A stretch of DNA of 30,658 bases, taken from positions 1 to 30,658 of the IMG/VR virus record IMGVR_UViG_3300030372_004647. One strand, given 5' to 3'. Shown here in pieces: positions 1-7,557 of this stretch (its first letter is position 1; every line of letters begins with the position of its first letter). The position numbers were made by a program, and so were the translations under genes. The notes below the pieces were generated by a model. It had not been told where the DNA came from. It was given only the letters and a program-made list of their open reading frames with translations, and did not search any database. This DNA is from a virus (lineage: Duplodnaviria > Caudoviricetes).

Positions 1-252
1 AAGCCGGCGCCAAAACATTACGGCGTGATGCAAACGATATCGATGGTTAAGGAACGGCTCAAACTTGACGCAGAGGGCCGGCCGGCGCTGGTGATATTTG
101 ACAACTGCAAAGAGCTTTTGAAGGAGTTCAGAAAATACAAATGGAAAAAAACAGGCGGAAAGGATCAGCCGGAGAAGATGCACGATCACGGCCTTGACGC
201 GCTCAGATACGAGATTTGCTTTTTGTATCGGTTTAAAAAATACCGATCTTGA
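1..252 (+). CDS. terL: Terminase large subunit C-terminal end (partial, allele A)
   Basis: Translation matches the end of 28522..29985 except for one residue; DHGLDALRY motif. Confidence 0.9.
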   Translation, partial: KPAPKHYGVMQTISMVKERLKLDAEGRPALVIFDNCKELLKEFRKYKWKKTGGKDQPEKMHDHGLDALRYEICFLYRFKKYRS

Positions 253-272
253 AAAATAAACAAAAATAATCC

Positions 273-333
273 TTGACCTGTTATCTTGTTATGTTATTAT
301 ATCAGTACAACAACAAAACAAAGGACAAACAAA
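273..333 (+). promoter_or_regulatory. Sigma70 promoter + CAA leader/RBS (cassette head)
   Basis: TTGACC(273)-16 bp-TGt-TATTAT(295-300), then ACAACAACAAAACAAAGGA at 307-325. Confidence 0.75.
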
Positions 334-1068
334 ATGAAAAACGTAATCAACCCAGCCCGCGTACAATCTCTTTTAAATCCAGTTCAAGATCTTTATGCTG
401 TTCTTGAGTCGATGGATCTTGTTATGGATTTTAAAGATGGCCGATACATTCACACCGAAAGAAATGACAATATTTCATATATTGTAGACGGCAAAATCGG
501 GCATGCGAGCGTCCAGATGGCCGCATTTTTCCGCCTTAGAATGAGTGTTCTAGATAATTTGTCAGAGCTTGCGGACGGCGATTTAGATGACGATTGTATT
601 AAATGGTACAATGAAGACCTTATCGAGGAGCTTTGTGAGTTATCAGGACTTGTTATTCGGGTGAGAAGCTGGTCAAAGATTGAAATACCCGAAACAGTAG
701 AAGCAGCACCAGAGGCGGCACCAGAGGCGGCACCAGAGGCGGCAGTAGAAGCAGCACCAGAGGCGGCCAAACAACAACAAAACAAAGGAGCAGCAACGAA
801 AACATACAAATACACACTCACAAAAGCAGGCGCAGAGCGAATCATAACAGATATGAACGGTTTAAACGGATGGCGAGGCGGCGCAGATGCACACATCAAG
901 ACAATCCAACGATTTAATGTAAAGCGCCCCAAGAGCACAGTAAAGCGATACTGTGTGTTTCTGAAAGATGGCACAAAAATCTATAGCCTCAAAGACTGGA
1001 AGCGCGTATTTAATCCAACGCACGCCGGAATGGTTGCGCACCTTCATGATCTTCTCGATAATCAATAG
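334..1068 (+). CDS. Hypothetical cassette protein, probably a two-domain fusion with an EAAP repeat linker
   Basis: ATG 334 follows the leader/RBS; a second leader copy lies inside the ORF at 771-789. Confidence 0.8.
   Translation: MKNVINPARVQSLLNPVQDLYAVLESMDLVMDFKDGRYIHTERNDNISYIVDGKIGHASVQMAAFFRLRMSVLDNLSELADGDLDDDCIKWYNEDLIEELCELSGLVIRVRSWSKIEIPETVEAAPEAAPEAAPEAAVEAAPEAAKQQQNKGAATKTYKYTLTKAGAERIITDMNGLNGWRGGADAHIKTIQRFNVKRPKSTVKRYCVFLKDGTKIYSLKDWKRVFNPTHAGMVAHLHDLLDNQ
697..768 (+). repeat. Six 12-bp in-frame tandem units encoding (V/P)EAA
   Basis: GTAGAAGCAGCA, CCAGAGGCGGCA x3, GTAGAAGCAGCA, CCAGAGGCGGCC. Confidence 0.9.
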
Positions 1069-1078
1069 AGGTGCTAAT

Positions 1079-1186
1079 ATGACAACCCTTATTTTTATCG
1101 CCGTCAATGTAGTCAAGCCGGCCCTTATCACACTCACAATAACAACAACAATCACAGCAACAATCATTATCATCAAGGGAGCATAA
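1079..1186 (+). CDS. Small hydrophobic 35-aa ORF
   Basis: GAGGTG RBS then ATG 1079; the Thr/Ile-rich 3' half reads through an ACA-rich degenerate leader. Confidence 0.4.
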   Translation: MTTLIFIAVNVVKPALITLTITTTITATIIIIKGA

Positions 1187-1188
1187 AA

Positions 1189-1485
1189 ATGGAAAAGGAA
1201 ACATTAAAAATATCATTTGACAACGCTGGCGGGGTTACTCTTGAGACAGATCGATACTGTCACCACTACACAGATGCAAGGTGCGCCGCCGAGGATGCCG
1301 CTTTTATCTTGGATGATATGACTACCGTCACATGGTGCGGCAATGAGCCAGATCACCGCCTAGAGGATGCCGAGACACAGCACTATCTCGGCGATATACA
1401 GCGGATTATTAGCGCACCATTTTGCGAGGATAATCACAGCGGATACTCAGAAACCGAATTCTATAAAACACTAAAAGGAGCATAA
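1189..1485 (+). CDS. Hypothetical acidic cassette protein (98 aa)
   Basis: AAGGGAGCATAAAA-ATG start; ends in GGAGCATAA, which overlaps the next RBS. Confidence 0.75.
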   Translation: MEKETLKISFDNAGGVTLETDRYCHHYTDARCAAEDAAFILDDMTTVTWCGNEPDHRLEDAETQHYLGDIQRIISAPFCEDNHSGYSETEFYKTLKGA

Positions 1486-1487
1486 CA

Positions 1488-1634
1488 ATGAAAACAGATA
1501 AAACACTACTCGAAGAGAAGATCGTCAAACTCAACAAGCGCCGAGATCAAGCACTCAAAGAGAAGGACTGGCTTAAGGCCGCTGACCTTGAGATTCGTAT
1601 TGAGGCCACCAAAGCCAAGATCGATCAGTTATGA
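1488..1634 (+). CDS. 48-aa coiled-coil protein resembling a UVR (UvrB/C) motif
   Basis: Below the ORF-track size cut-off. AAAGGAGCATAACA-ATG; MKTDKTLLEEKIVKLNKRRDQALKEKDWLKAADLEIRIEATKAKIDQL; ATGA overlap with the MTase start. Confidence 0.7.
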   Translation: MKTDKTLLEEKIVKLNKRRDQALKEKDWLKAADLEIRIEATKAKIDQL

Positions 1635-2899
1635 AATACAGCGATCAAGAACTCGCAGACTGGGCGGATATTGCATCCGCTCGCGTCTTATTTGGCGATT
1701 GTATGGAAAAGATGAAAGAGCTTGACGATTGTTCTATAGATGCGATTGTCTGTGATCCGCCGTACGGTATGAGCCCCGATGGTGTTGCGCGTACATGGGC
1801 AGACATCGAAGAGGGGCGCAAGATTGGCGGTTTTATGGGTAAAGGTTGGGATGCGGCCGTGCCTTGTCACAGCTTCTTTGCGGAGTGCTTTAGAGTGCTG
1901 AAGCATGGCGGCCATCTTATCGCCTTTAGTAGTACGCGCACCGTTTTTGCTCTTGGTATGGCTTGTCAGCGTGGAGGGCTAGAATTAAGAGACCAAATCT
2001 TCTGGTGTTATTTTAGTGGGTTCCCAAAATCGCACGATATAAGCAAAGCGATCGATAAAGAGGCGGGCGCGGTGCGTGAGGTTGTGAGTGAGGTGCCTGC
2101 CTTTGGTATTGGATCGACAGGATCGACATACAACGGACACAAGGAAGGGGCGACATGTAAGATCACAAAGCCCGCAACCAAAGAGGCCGAGCGTTGGTCT
2201 GGTTTTGGGACCGCACTCAAACCCGCCGTTGAGCCTGCACTACTCGCACGAAAGCCACTTGAAAAAGGCTTGACGATTGCGCAAAATGTCTTGAAGCATG
2301 GCACAGGGGCGCTCAATATAGATGCGTGTCGTTTTGGTTATGGTGATCCTTGTTGGGTGGGGCCTCAAACGACCAATTTAAACGGCGGCACGTACAGCAA
2401 AAACGCGTCACCTTTATCGCGAGATAGTCAAGTACCCAAAAACGGCATCGGTGAATTTGTAGATCCTCAAGGCCGCTGGCCTGCAAATCTCTATCAATGC
2501 GCCAAAGCATCACGATCCGAACGCGAGGCGGGCTTGTCTCATCTCAAAGCCAAGAGCGGCGCCGATGCCGTACAACGCAAAGAAGGATCGGCGGGTATGG
2601 ATAACCCAAGAGCGGGCGCGGGTCGTACTGCGGATGAGGTCAAGAACTTTCACCCGACCGTCAAACCTTTGAAGCTTATGCGGTGGTGTTGTCGATTAAT
2701 CGGGGGCCAAAAAGGATCGGTTATCCTTGATCCTTTTGGTGGTAGCGGTACAACGGGCGCGGCGGCGATTTTAGAGGGCTTTGATTGTATCCTGATAGAG
2801 CGAGAGGCCGAATATCTTCCAATCATCGAGGGCCGTTTGCAGTGGGCGCGTCAAGAGTATAAGAGAGAGAATGCACAGCTTAAGCTCTTCGGTGATTGA
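1631..2899 (+). CDS. DNA methyltransferase, N6-A/N4-C family, beta class (orphan)
   Basis: Catalytic DPPY near the N-terminus, HPTVKP, and SAM-binding ILDPFGGSGTTG near the C-terminus. Confidence 0.93.
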   Translation: MKYSDQELADWADIASARVLFGDCMEKMKELDDCSIDAIVCDPPYGMSPDGVARTWADIEEGRKIGGFMGKGWDAAVPCHSFFAECFRVLKHGGHLIAFSSTRTVFALGMACQRGGLELRDQIFWCYFSGFPKSHDISKAIDKEAGAVREVVSEVPAFGIGSTGSTYNGHKEGATCKITKPATKEAERWSGFGTALKPAVEPALLARKPLEKGLTIAQNVLKHGTGALNIDACRFGYGDPCWVGPQTTNLNGGTYSKNASPLSRDSQVPKNGIGEFVDPQGRWPANLYQCAKASRSEREAGLSHLKAKSGADAVQRKEGSAGMDNPRAGAGRTADEVKNFHPTVKPLKLMRWCCRLIGGQKGSVILDPFGGSGTTGAAAILEGFDCILIEREAEYLPIIEGRLQWARQEYKRENAQLKLFGD

Positions 2900-2900
2900 T

Positions 2901-3191
2901 ATGGATACGGAAAAATTAGAGGCCGCGATACTCCAGACGATCACGCACGTATCAAGATCGCACGATCTAAAAGAGCATGTCAATCGTCGATATCTCGAGC
3001 ATCTCGCCAAGCTGCGCAACCTCATCGCCGCCTATAAGCTGGACCGGAGCGAAGCCGAGATCGATGATCTGGCATTCGCAATCATCCGAGACGATGCGCT
3101 GACAATCGAGCAAATACAGATCTCTTTTGATCTCAATGATGGATTATTTGCATTGATGATCGAAAGAATGCGAGAGCGCGATCGCGTATAG
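2901..3191 (+). CDS. Hypothetical protein (96 aa)
   Basis: ATG directly after the MTase stop, GGTGA RBS, helical composition. Confidence 0.65.
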   Translation: MDTEKLEAAILQTITHVSRSHDLKEHVNRRYLEHLAKLRNLIAAYKLDRSEAEIDDLAFAIIRDDALTIEQIQISFDLNDGLFALMIERMRERDRV

Positions 3192-3256
3192 AGGCGCATA
3201 GAATAGCGATTTGATAAAAAAGATTGATTTATTTCGGTTTATTTTTGCCTTTGCTC

Positions 3257-3323
3257 TTTACGCCAAGATAATAACATGCCATAATAACAGAGTAAGCAAA
3301 CAACAAAACAAAGGAAAAACAAA
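3257..3323 (+). promoter_or_regulatory. Promoter with 15-bp operator in the spacer + CAA leader
   Basis: TTTACG(3257)-17 bp-CATAAT(3280) with TG; operator CAAGATA-A-TAACATG at 3264-3278; ACAACAAAACAAAGGA at 3300-3315. Confidence 0.7.
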
Positions 3324-3578
3324 ATGACAAAGACAAAACTAAGAAAAGCCATTGAAGCACAGAGTTTGAATATAGCGCCGAAGGAAATGACTGGATTTGT
3401 AGCAGAGATAAAAGAAATGATCTTTGTTGGCGGAAGAGGCAAGAATTGGCTTTGTGTATGTGACACAGAAAAAGAGCTTCTTCAAATAAAGTCAATCCTT
3501 AAAGGAAATTCTTATAAAGTCAAATATAAGGGAAATGGAAGAATTATGATCACCTCAGAATACAAGAGCTGGAAGTAA
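3324..3578 (+). CDS. Hypothetical basic cassette protein (84 aa), moron-like
   Basis: Has its own promoter, leader and terminator; AT-rich relative to its flanks. Confidence 0.8.
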   Translation: MTKTKLRKAIEAQSLNIAPKEMTGFVAEIKEMIFVGGRGKNWLCVCDTEKELLQIKSILKGNSYKVKYKGNGRIMITSEYKSWK

Positions 3579-3601
3579 GGGTCACAGAGCAGAAACCAAA
3601 C

Positions 3602-3631
3602 AAGCCCGCTCGCATGCGGGTCTTTTTATTT
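3602..3631 (+). terminator. Rho-independent terminator
   Basis: GCCCGC-tcgcat-GCGGGT hairpin followed by CTTTTTATTT. Confidence 0.75.
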
Positions 3632-3670
3632 TCTGTAAAAACGTGCTATATTATGCGGTGAGAGGTGAGC

Positions 3671-4990
3671 ATGTCTAAGAATCTACCCGTTAAGCGTCCG
3701 TCACTGTGGACGCGCATTGTTAAAGCACTGTACCGCACAGAAGAACGACCAGAGCGACCGGCGCATGGTGCAAACTGGGAACGTCCGCAGGGTCAAAATA
3801 ACCCATATCCCGCACGCGTATCGATGGCCGCCTTTGCCTCTCATGGCTATGTATTTGCCGCCGTCAGTAGAGCCTCTCAAGACCTCGCTGCGCTACCCGT
3901 CAAGCTTATTCGCGGCCGCGGTCAAAGCGCCACCATCATCCAAGAGCATCCCTTTCTTGACCTCATGGATCAGCCGTCCAGTTATGTCGACGGGTTCTCT
4001 CTGCGTGAGCAATTGATTGTCGATCTCATGCTCACCGGTGGTTGTTATGTGCTCCTTGCTGGGCCAAACGAGGCGCCGGCCAGTTTGTTTCGATTGCATC
4101 CTGAGCAAACAAAAATCATTACCGATCCGATTGTTGGTATTAAAGGATTTGAGTTTAGCGATTCAGGCAAGACCGTCGAATATCCGATCGATCGTGTCGT
4201 CTTTGCGCAGAGCGCATCTTGGGGCGCGGGTGTTGATGCACTGTACGGTGTTGGCGGGATCCAGCCACTCGCCAAAGAGATCAGCGCCGATCTTAGTGCC
4301 CAAAAACTCGCCAGTGATGCCGCGAAAAAGGGCCGTCCCGACATCCTCATATCGCCCGCAGACGAGGCCGACATCTGGGATTACGACCAAAGACGGGCGA
4401 TCCTTGATGCCTATCGAGGCATGTCAAACGAGGGTGGCGCAATGGTGCTTAGTGGACAAGTAAAGATAGATCCGCTACAAGTGACGCCTAGGGATCTTGA
4501 ATTCCAAGCGGTGCGCACGTATGCGAGAGAAGCAATTTCGGCCGTCTTTGGTGTTCCGCCGTCTATACTCGGTGCGGGCGATCTAAACTATGCCGTCAGT
4601 CGTCAGCAGGCGCAGAACTACTGGGAGGTGCAGACCAAGCGAGGCAAAAAGTTATCGCATCTGCTCACGCAGATCGCAAAGAAATTCGATCCGTCGTTAC
4701 GTGTTGAGATTGACTATTCCGGCGTTGAGGCATTGCAGGCGGTGCGTGATGGTCAGATCGATCGCATAGAGAAGCATGTCAGGATCGGCATGCCGGTCGC
4801 TGAGGCGTATGCATACGAGGGTCTCGAAGACGCGCCCGTAATACCGGAGAGTCAGCGAGAGGATCCCGCTGACGATGTTGGTGACGAAGAAGGGCAGAAT
4901 GTGCGCGCCCTAGATGCGCTCTTGCGGAGCATTGCAACTGAGGATGATGATCCGGTGGATTTAAAAAAAAAATTCACCCTCCACAAATAA
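3671..4990 (+). CDS. Portal protein, HK97 family
   Basis: VFAAVSRASQDLAALPVKL, L(M)LTGGCY, REAISAVFGVPPSILG motifs; GAGGTG RBS; size and position fit. Confidence 0.93.
   Translation: MSKNLPVKRPSLWTRIVKALYRTEERPERPAHGANWERPQGQNNPYPARVSMAAFASHGYVFAAVSRASQDLAALPVKLIRGRGQSATIIQEHPFLDLMDQPSSYVDGFSLREQLIVDLMLTGGCYVLLAGPNEAPASLFRLHPEQTKIITDPIVGIKGFEFSDSGKTVEYPIDRVVFAQSASWGAGVDALYGVGGIQPLAKEISADLSAQKLASDAAKKGRPDILISPADEADIWDYDQRRAILDAYRGMSNEGGAMVLSGQVKIDPLQVTPRDLEFQAVRTYAREAISAVFGVPPSILGAGDLNYAVSRQQAQNYWEVQTKRGKKLSHLLTQIAKKFDPSLRVEIDYSGVEALQAVRDGQIDRIEKHVRIGMPVAEAYAYEGLEDAPVIPESQREDPADDVGDEEGQNVRALDALLRSIATEDDDPVDLKKKFTLHK
4960..4972 (+). other. Candidate -1 frameshift / slippage site T TTA AAA AAA AAA
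   Basis: X XXY YYZ heptamer in the portal frame plus an A10 run; the -1 frame is open from 4960 into ORF 5038..6180. Confidence 0.55.
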
Positions 4991-5037
4991 CCAAAAAAAC
5001 AGACTTTCCGGCATCCGGAGATGATCAGATCGTTTCG

Positions 5038-6180
5038 ATGCGTAATAGCAATTATCCAACATTCGATCCAGAGTATGCGCAGGACCTCAAAAAGAACTGG
5101 CCTGAGATATGGAAGAGGGGCGGCAACATAGAGGGCAATAACCAGTATCGTCGACTATTGCCGATCGTCACACGTAAAGACAAAAAGGCGAAAACCGACA
5201 CCGAAAAGATGGCCATAAAAAAGCGCGAGGCATGGGCGGCGCGCCATCTTGGTGATTTTAGAATTGCGGGTACAGTGGCACAAATTAAATGGTTTGTGAT
5301 TGGCGAGAGGGGCCAGAGTTATATGAGGCAGCTTCTCAACGACGAAAAGAAACGAATCTCAGAAAAGAAGAAAGAACTCGATAACTCTGCAAGACGAGAT
5401 CGGGCGTGGTCTGACTGGGTAGAGCGCGCACATGGCCCCGCAGAAAGGAAAATAGAGCGCGCAGTGCGCGAATATCTTCAAGGCGCACAAAAGAGGTATA
5501 AACGGCGCGTTAAAGAGTATGTCAGAGCAGAGAAGAGCGGATCTGATTACATCACAAAGGGCGTCCTGTCTTGGTCGGATCTGTTGGCAGTTGGTGACGA
5601 GGTGGCGCGCCTTTCTTCGCAACTCGGTCGAGACTGGCTTGCAGTGTGGACGCTGTCAGGGAATAGAGAGCTCGATAAAGTCTACAATATGGCCGGCCGT
5701 CAAAGACCGCTGGATCTGGTTTTTGGTGAGCGTGATATCGCACGCTCTGCGATTGATCTCAGTGCGTTTGAGATTGCACAGACGACCGCAAAGAATGTCC
5801 AGAGAATGATAGAGCAGGGCCTACTATCGGGTGCATCCGTCAATCAGATCGCCAGTGCGATCAGTGATAATTATTCTTTTGGAATCGGACGCGCAAGGAT
5901 GATAGCGCGAACGGAAGCAACCAAAGCGATCAATCTTGCCACTGACCAGAGCTATCAGACCGCAGCGAATGAGGGAATCAAGATCCGCAAAGAGTGGCTA
6001 TCTTCGCGCGATGATAAAGTACGCGAGACACACCGAGAGCTTGACGGTCAGACCGTCGGAGTAAACGAGGACTTTGTGGTGCCTTCAACGGGCGAACAGG
6101 CGCCCGCACCGGCAGCATTTGCAGACCCTGCGGAGTCGATCAATTGCAGGTGTACGATCGCGCCGGTTATAGATGACTAA
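5038..6180 (+). CDS. Minor head protein, MuF / SPP1 gp7-like, with an extra N-terminal domain
   Basis: RARMIARTE, KEWLSSRDDKVRETH..LDGQ, INCRCTI motifs; follows the portal. The true N-terminus may come from fusion to the portal. Confidence 0.9.
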   Translation: MRNSNYPTFDPEYAQDLKKNWPEIWKRGGNIEGNNQYRRLLPIVTRKDKKAKTDTEKMAIKKREAWAARHLGDFRIAGTVAQIKWFVIGERGQSYMRQLLNDEKKRISEKKKELDNSARRDRAWSDWVERAHGPAERKIERAVREYLQGAQKRYKRRVKEYVRAEKSGSDYITKGVLSWSDLLAVGDEVARLSSQLGRDWLAVWTLSGNRELDKVYNMAGRQRPLDLVFGERDIARSAIDLSAFEIAQTTAKNVQRMIEQGLLSGASVNQIASAISDNYSFGIGRARMIARTEATKAINLATDQSYQTAANEGIKIRKEWLSSRDDKVRETHRELDGQTVGVNEDFVVPSTGEQAPAPAAFADPAESINCRCTIAPVIDD

Positions 6181-6206
6181 AACAAAAAGGCCGCACAGTG
6201 GCGGCC
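6181..6206 (-). terminator. Terminator for the minus-strand cassette
   Basis: Minus strand GGCCGC-cactgt-GCGGCC-TTTTTGTT. Confidence 0.7.
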
Positions 6207-6229
6207 GGCTGTTGGCTGTTTAAGTCAGT

Positions 6230-6538
6230 CTAAAAACTTCCGTAATGTAAAGGCTCGTTGGACAGATCTTCAAAGCTCAAGTGAAGAGTTACAAGAGCCT
6301 GTCTTTGCGCCCAATGATTAGACAGGTCAATCTGCTCTTTAAGGGCATTGCGCATCTTTCTACGCTCAGGAGAAGATAGAGAGGCGATATAGGCGGCGCT
6401 GGCCTTGCCTCCCTCTACGCTATTGAGTGCCCATAGGGCATCAATGGCGCGCATCATAGAGATATGGCGAGGAGAGAAAGCCGCTTCAAGGTCGAAAGAG
6501 GAAAGAGGAGAGAGCGAGACAGAAGAGAAGTTTTTCAT
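6230..6538 (-). CDS. Hypothetical cassette protein (102 aa), moron-like, antisense to head genes
   Basis: Exact leader at 6546-6564 (minus), consensus promoter and its own terminator. Confidence 0.8.
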   Translation of the reverse strand: MKNFSSVSLSPLSSFDLEAAFSPRHISMMRAIDALWALNSVEGGKASAAYIASLSSPERRKMRNALKEQIDLSNHWAQRQALVTLHLSFEDLSNEPLHYGSF

Positions 6539-6603
6539 TTTGTTTTCCTTTGTTTTGTTGTTGTTTATATACTCAATATACTAGCAAGTTATTATGTTGT
6601 CAA
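6539..6603 (-). promoter_or_regulatory. Near-consensus sigma70 promoter + operator + CAA leader
   Basis: TTGACA(6603-6598)-17 bp-TATATT(6580-6575); operator-like CAAGTTA-T-TATGTTG at 6585-6599. Confidence 0.8.
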
Positions 6604-6669
6604 CTCAACATATCAAAATAATCAAAAATAAATTTGTTATACTGTCTCATGATCAAATTCGAGGTGAAC

Positions 6670-7074
6670 ATGACAAGCTTGATAATTGCGGCCGTGGTCG
6701 GTCTGGTGGTCGGTATTGGCGGCACGGTTGGTATTCAGCAGGCCACAAAACCCAAAGAGGATCCAAAGCCTCTTGTTGTTGCGGTTGGTGGTGACGAGGT
6801 CGCTAGAGGACAGACGGAAGTACAAAAAGAGCTCGTCGATCTTGATCTCTTGGTTGAGCCATGCTCAAAAGAATTTATCAAAGAAAAAGATACATTGTTA
6901 TGTCGAGAGATGTTTTGCAGGATGCAGCAACGCGGGATCGACGCCGCAACGTCACAACAGGATTGCAGCGAGATCGCCAATATCGCCAACACCAAAGAGA
7001 TACAGGATGCATGTAAAAAGCTTGAAGGTGAGGCGCTTGAGTCCTGTGTAGAGTTGTTTTTCAAAAGAAAATGA
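6670..7074 (+). CDS. Membrane-anchored or exported Cys-rich protein (134 aa)
   Basis: GAGGTG RBS; N-terminal hydrophobic segment LIIAAVVGLVVGIGGTVGI; six Cys; TGTTATACT extended -10 at 6635-6643. Confidence 0.8.
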   Translation: MTSLIIAAVVGLVVGIGGTVGIQQATKPKEDPKPLVVAVGGDEVARGQTEVQKELVDLDLLVEPCSKEFIKEKDTLLCREMFCRMQQRGIDAATSQQDCSEIANIANTKEIQDACKKLEGEALESCVELFFKRK

Positions 7075-7136
7075 GCGATCTGTTTTTGCTAATCTGTATC
7101 ATTATCATGATCTTTTTGGTCTATACGTCTGACTAA
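7071..7136 (+). CDS. 21-aa hydrophobic mini-peptide
   Basis: MSDLFLLICIIIMIFLVYTSD; ATGA overlap with the upstream stop; ends at the terminator. Confidence 0.45.
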   Translation: MSDLFLLICIIIMIFLVYTSD

Positions 7137-7163
7137 GAAGAGCCGCAATATTGCGGCTCTTCT
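7136..7163. terminator. Perfect 28-bp palindrome, probably a bidirectional terminator
   Basis: AGAAGAGCCGCAAT|ATTGCGGCTCTTCT between convergent genes. Confidence 0.75.
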
Positions 7164-7183
7164 GTTGGCGGTAATCACGGATT

Positions 7184-7504
7184 CTATTTTTCGCAATTAT
7201 GATAGTCGGTCTCTCGCTCAAGCCTCGCGACAATCTTTTGTGCGTATTTGTGCGGCAATTCGTCACCAATCTCAAAATCTTCGCGCTGGTTTTCGCGATT
7301 ATCCCAAAGATAGATCAGGACCCATCCGCGGCCGGTCTCAAGATAAAATCTGATTGCATCTTTGATATCTGTTTTCAGGTCAAAGTAATGCATATCTTTC
7401 CGCTGAGAGTTTTCAGGCCAAAATGCGAATTCATATACATAGCGCGGTTTTTTTGGTTCTTTGAATGTGCCTATGCTTGTATCGAGTTTATCAAGTGTAT
7501 TCAT
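7184..7504 (-). CDS. Hypothetical cassette protein (106 aa)
   Basis: AAAACAAAAGGAGCAAACACC-ATG(7504); MNTLDKLD... Confidence 0.8.
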   Translation of the reverse strand: MNTLDKLDTSIGTFKEPKKPRYVYEFAFWPENSQRKDMHYFDLKTDIKDAIRFYLETGRGWVLIYLWDNRENQREDFEIGDELPHKYAQKIVARLERETDYHNCEK

Positions 7505-7557
7505 GGTGTTTGCTCCTTTTGTTTTAGGTGCCCGCATTTCGGCGGGCGGGTTGTTGT

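Larger units (their letters stand above)
1..333 (+). repeat. Imperfect direct repeat of 29734-30066 (terL 3' end + promoter + leader); implies a ~29,733 bp unit genome
   Basis: Offset 29733. The first 74 nt are identical, then 18 substitutions up to the terL stop (only one non-synonymous, N/T). Similarity continues through the promoter and leader and ends at the ATG. Confidence 0.95.

Noticed and set aside
1-252. Diversity-generating retroelement TR/VR pair (1-252 vs 29734-29985)
   Set aside because: Differences are almost all synonymous and not adenine-specific; no reverse transcriptase is present.
1-333. True direct terminal repeat of a single genome
   Set aside because: The copies are ~7% diverged in the coding part and followed by different genes; this fits two alleles better.
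1631-3191. Restriction-modification pair
   Set aside because: The 96-aa neighbour shows no PD-(D/E)xK or HNH motif; the MTase looks orphan.
6494-6530. Near-pure purine tract (possible H-DNA)
   Set aside because: Explained by Ser/Leu/Phe codons at the start of the minus-strand ORF; no clear mirror symmetry.
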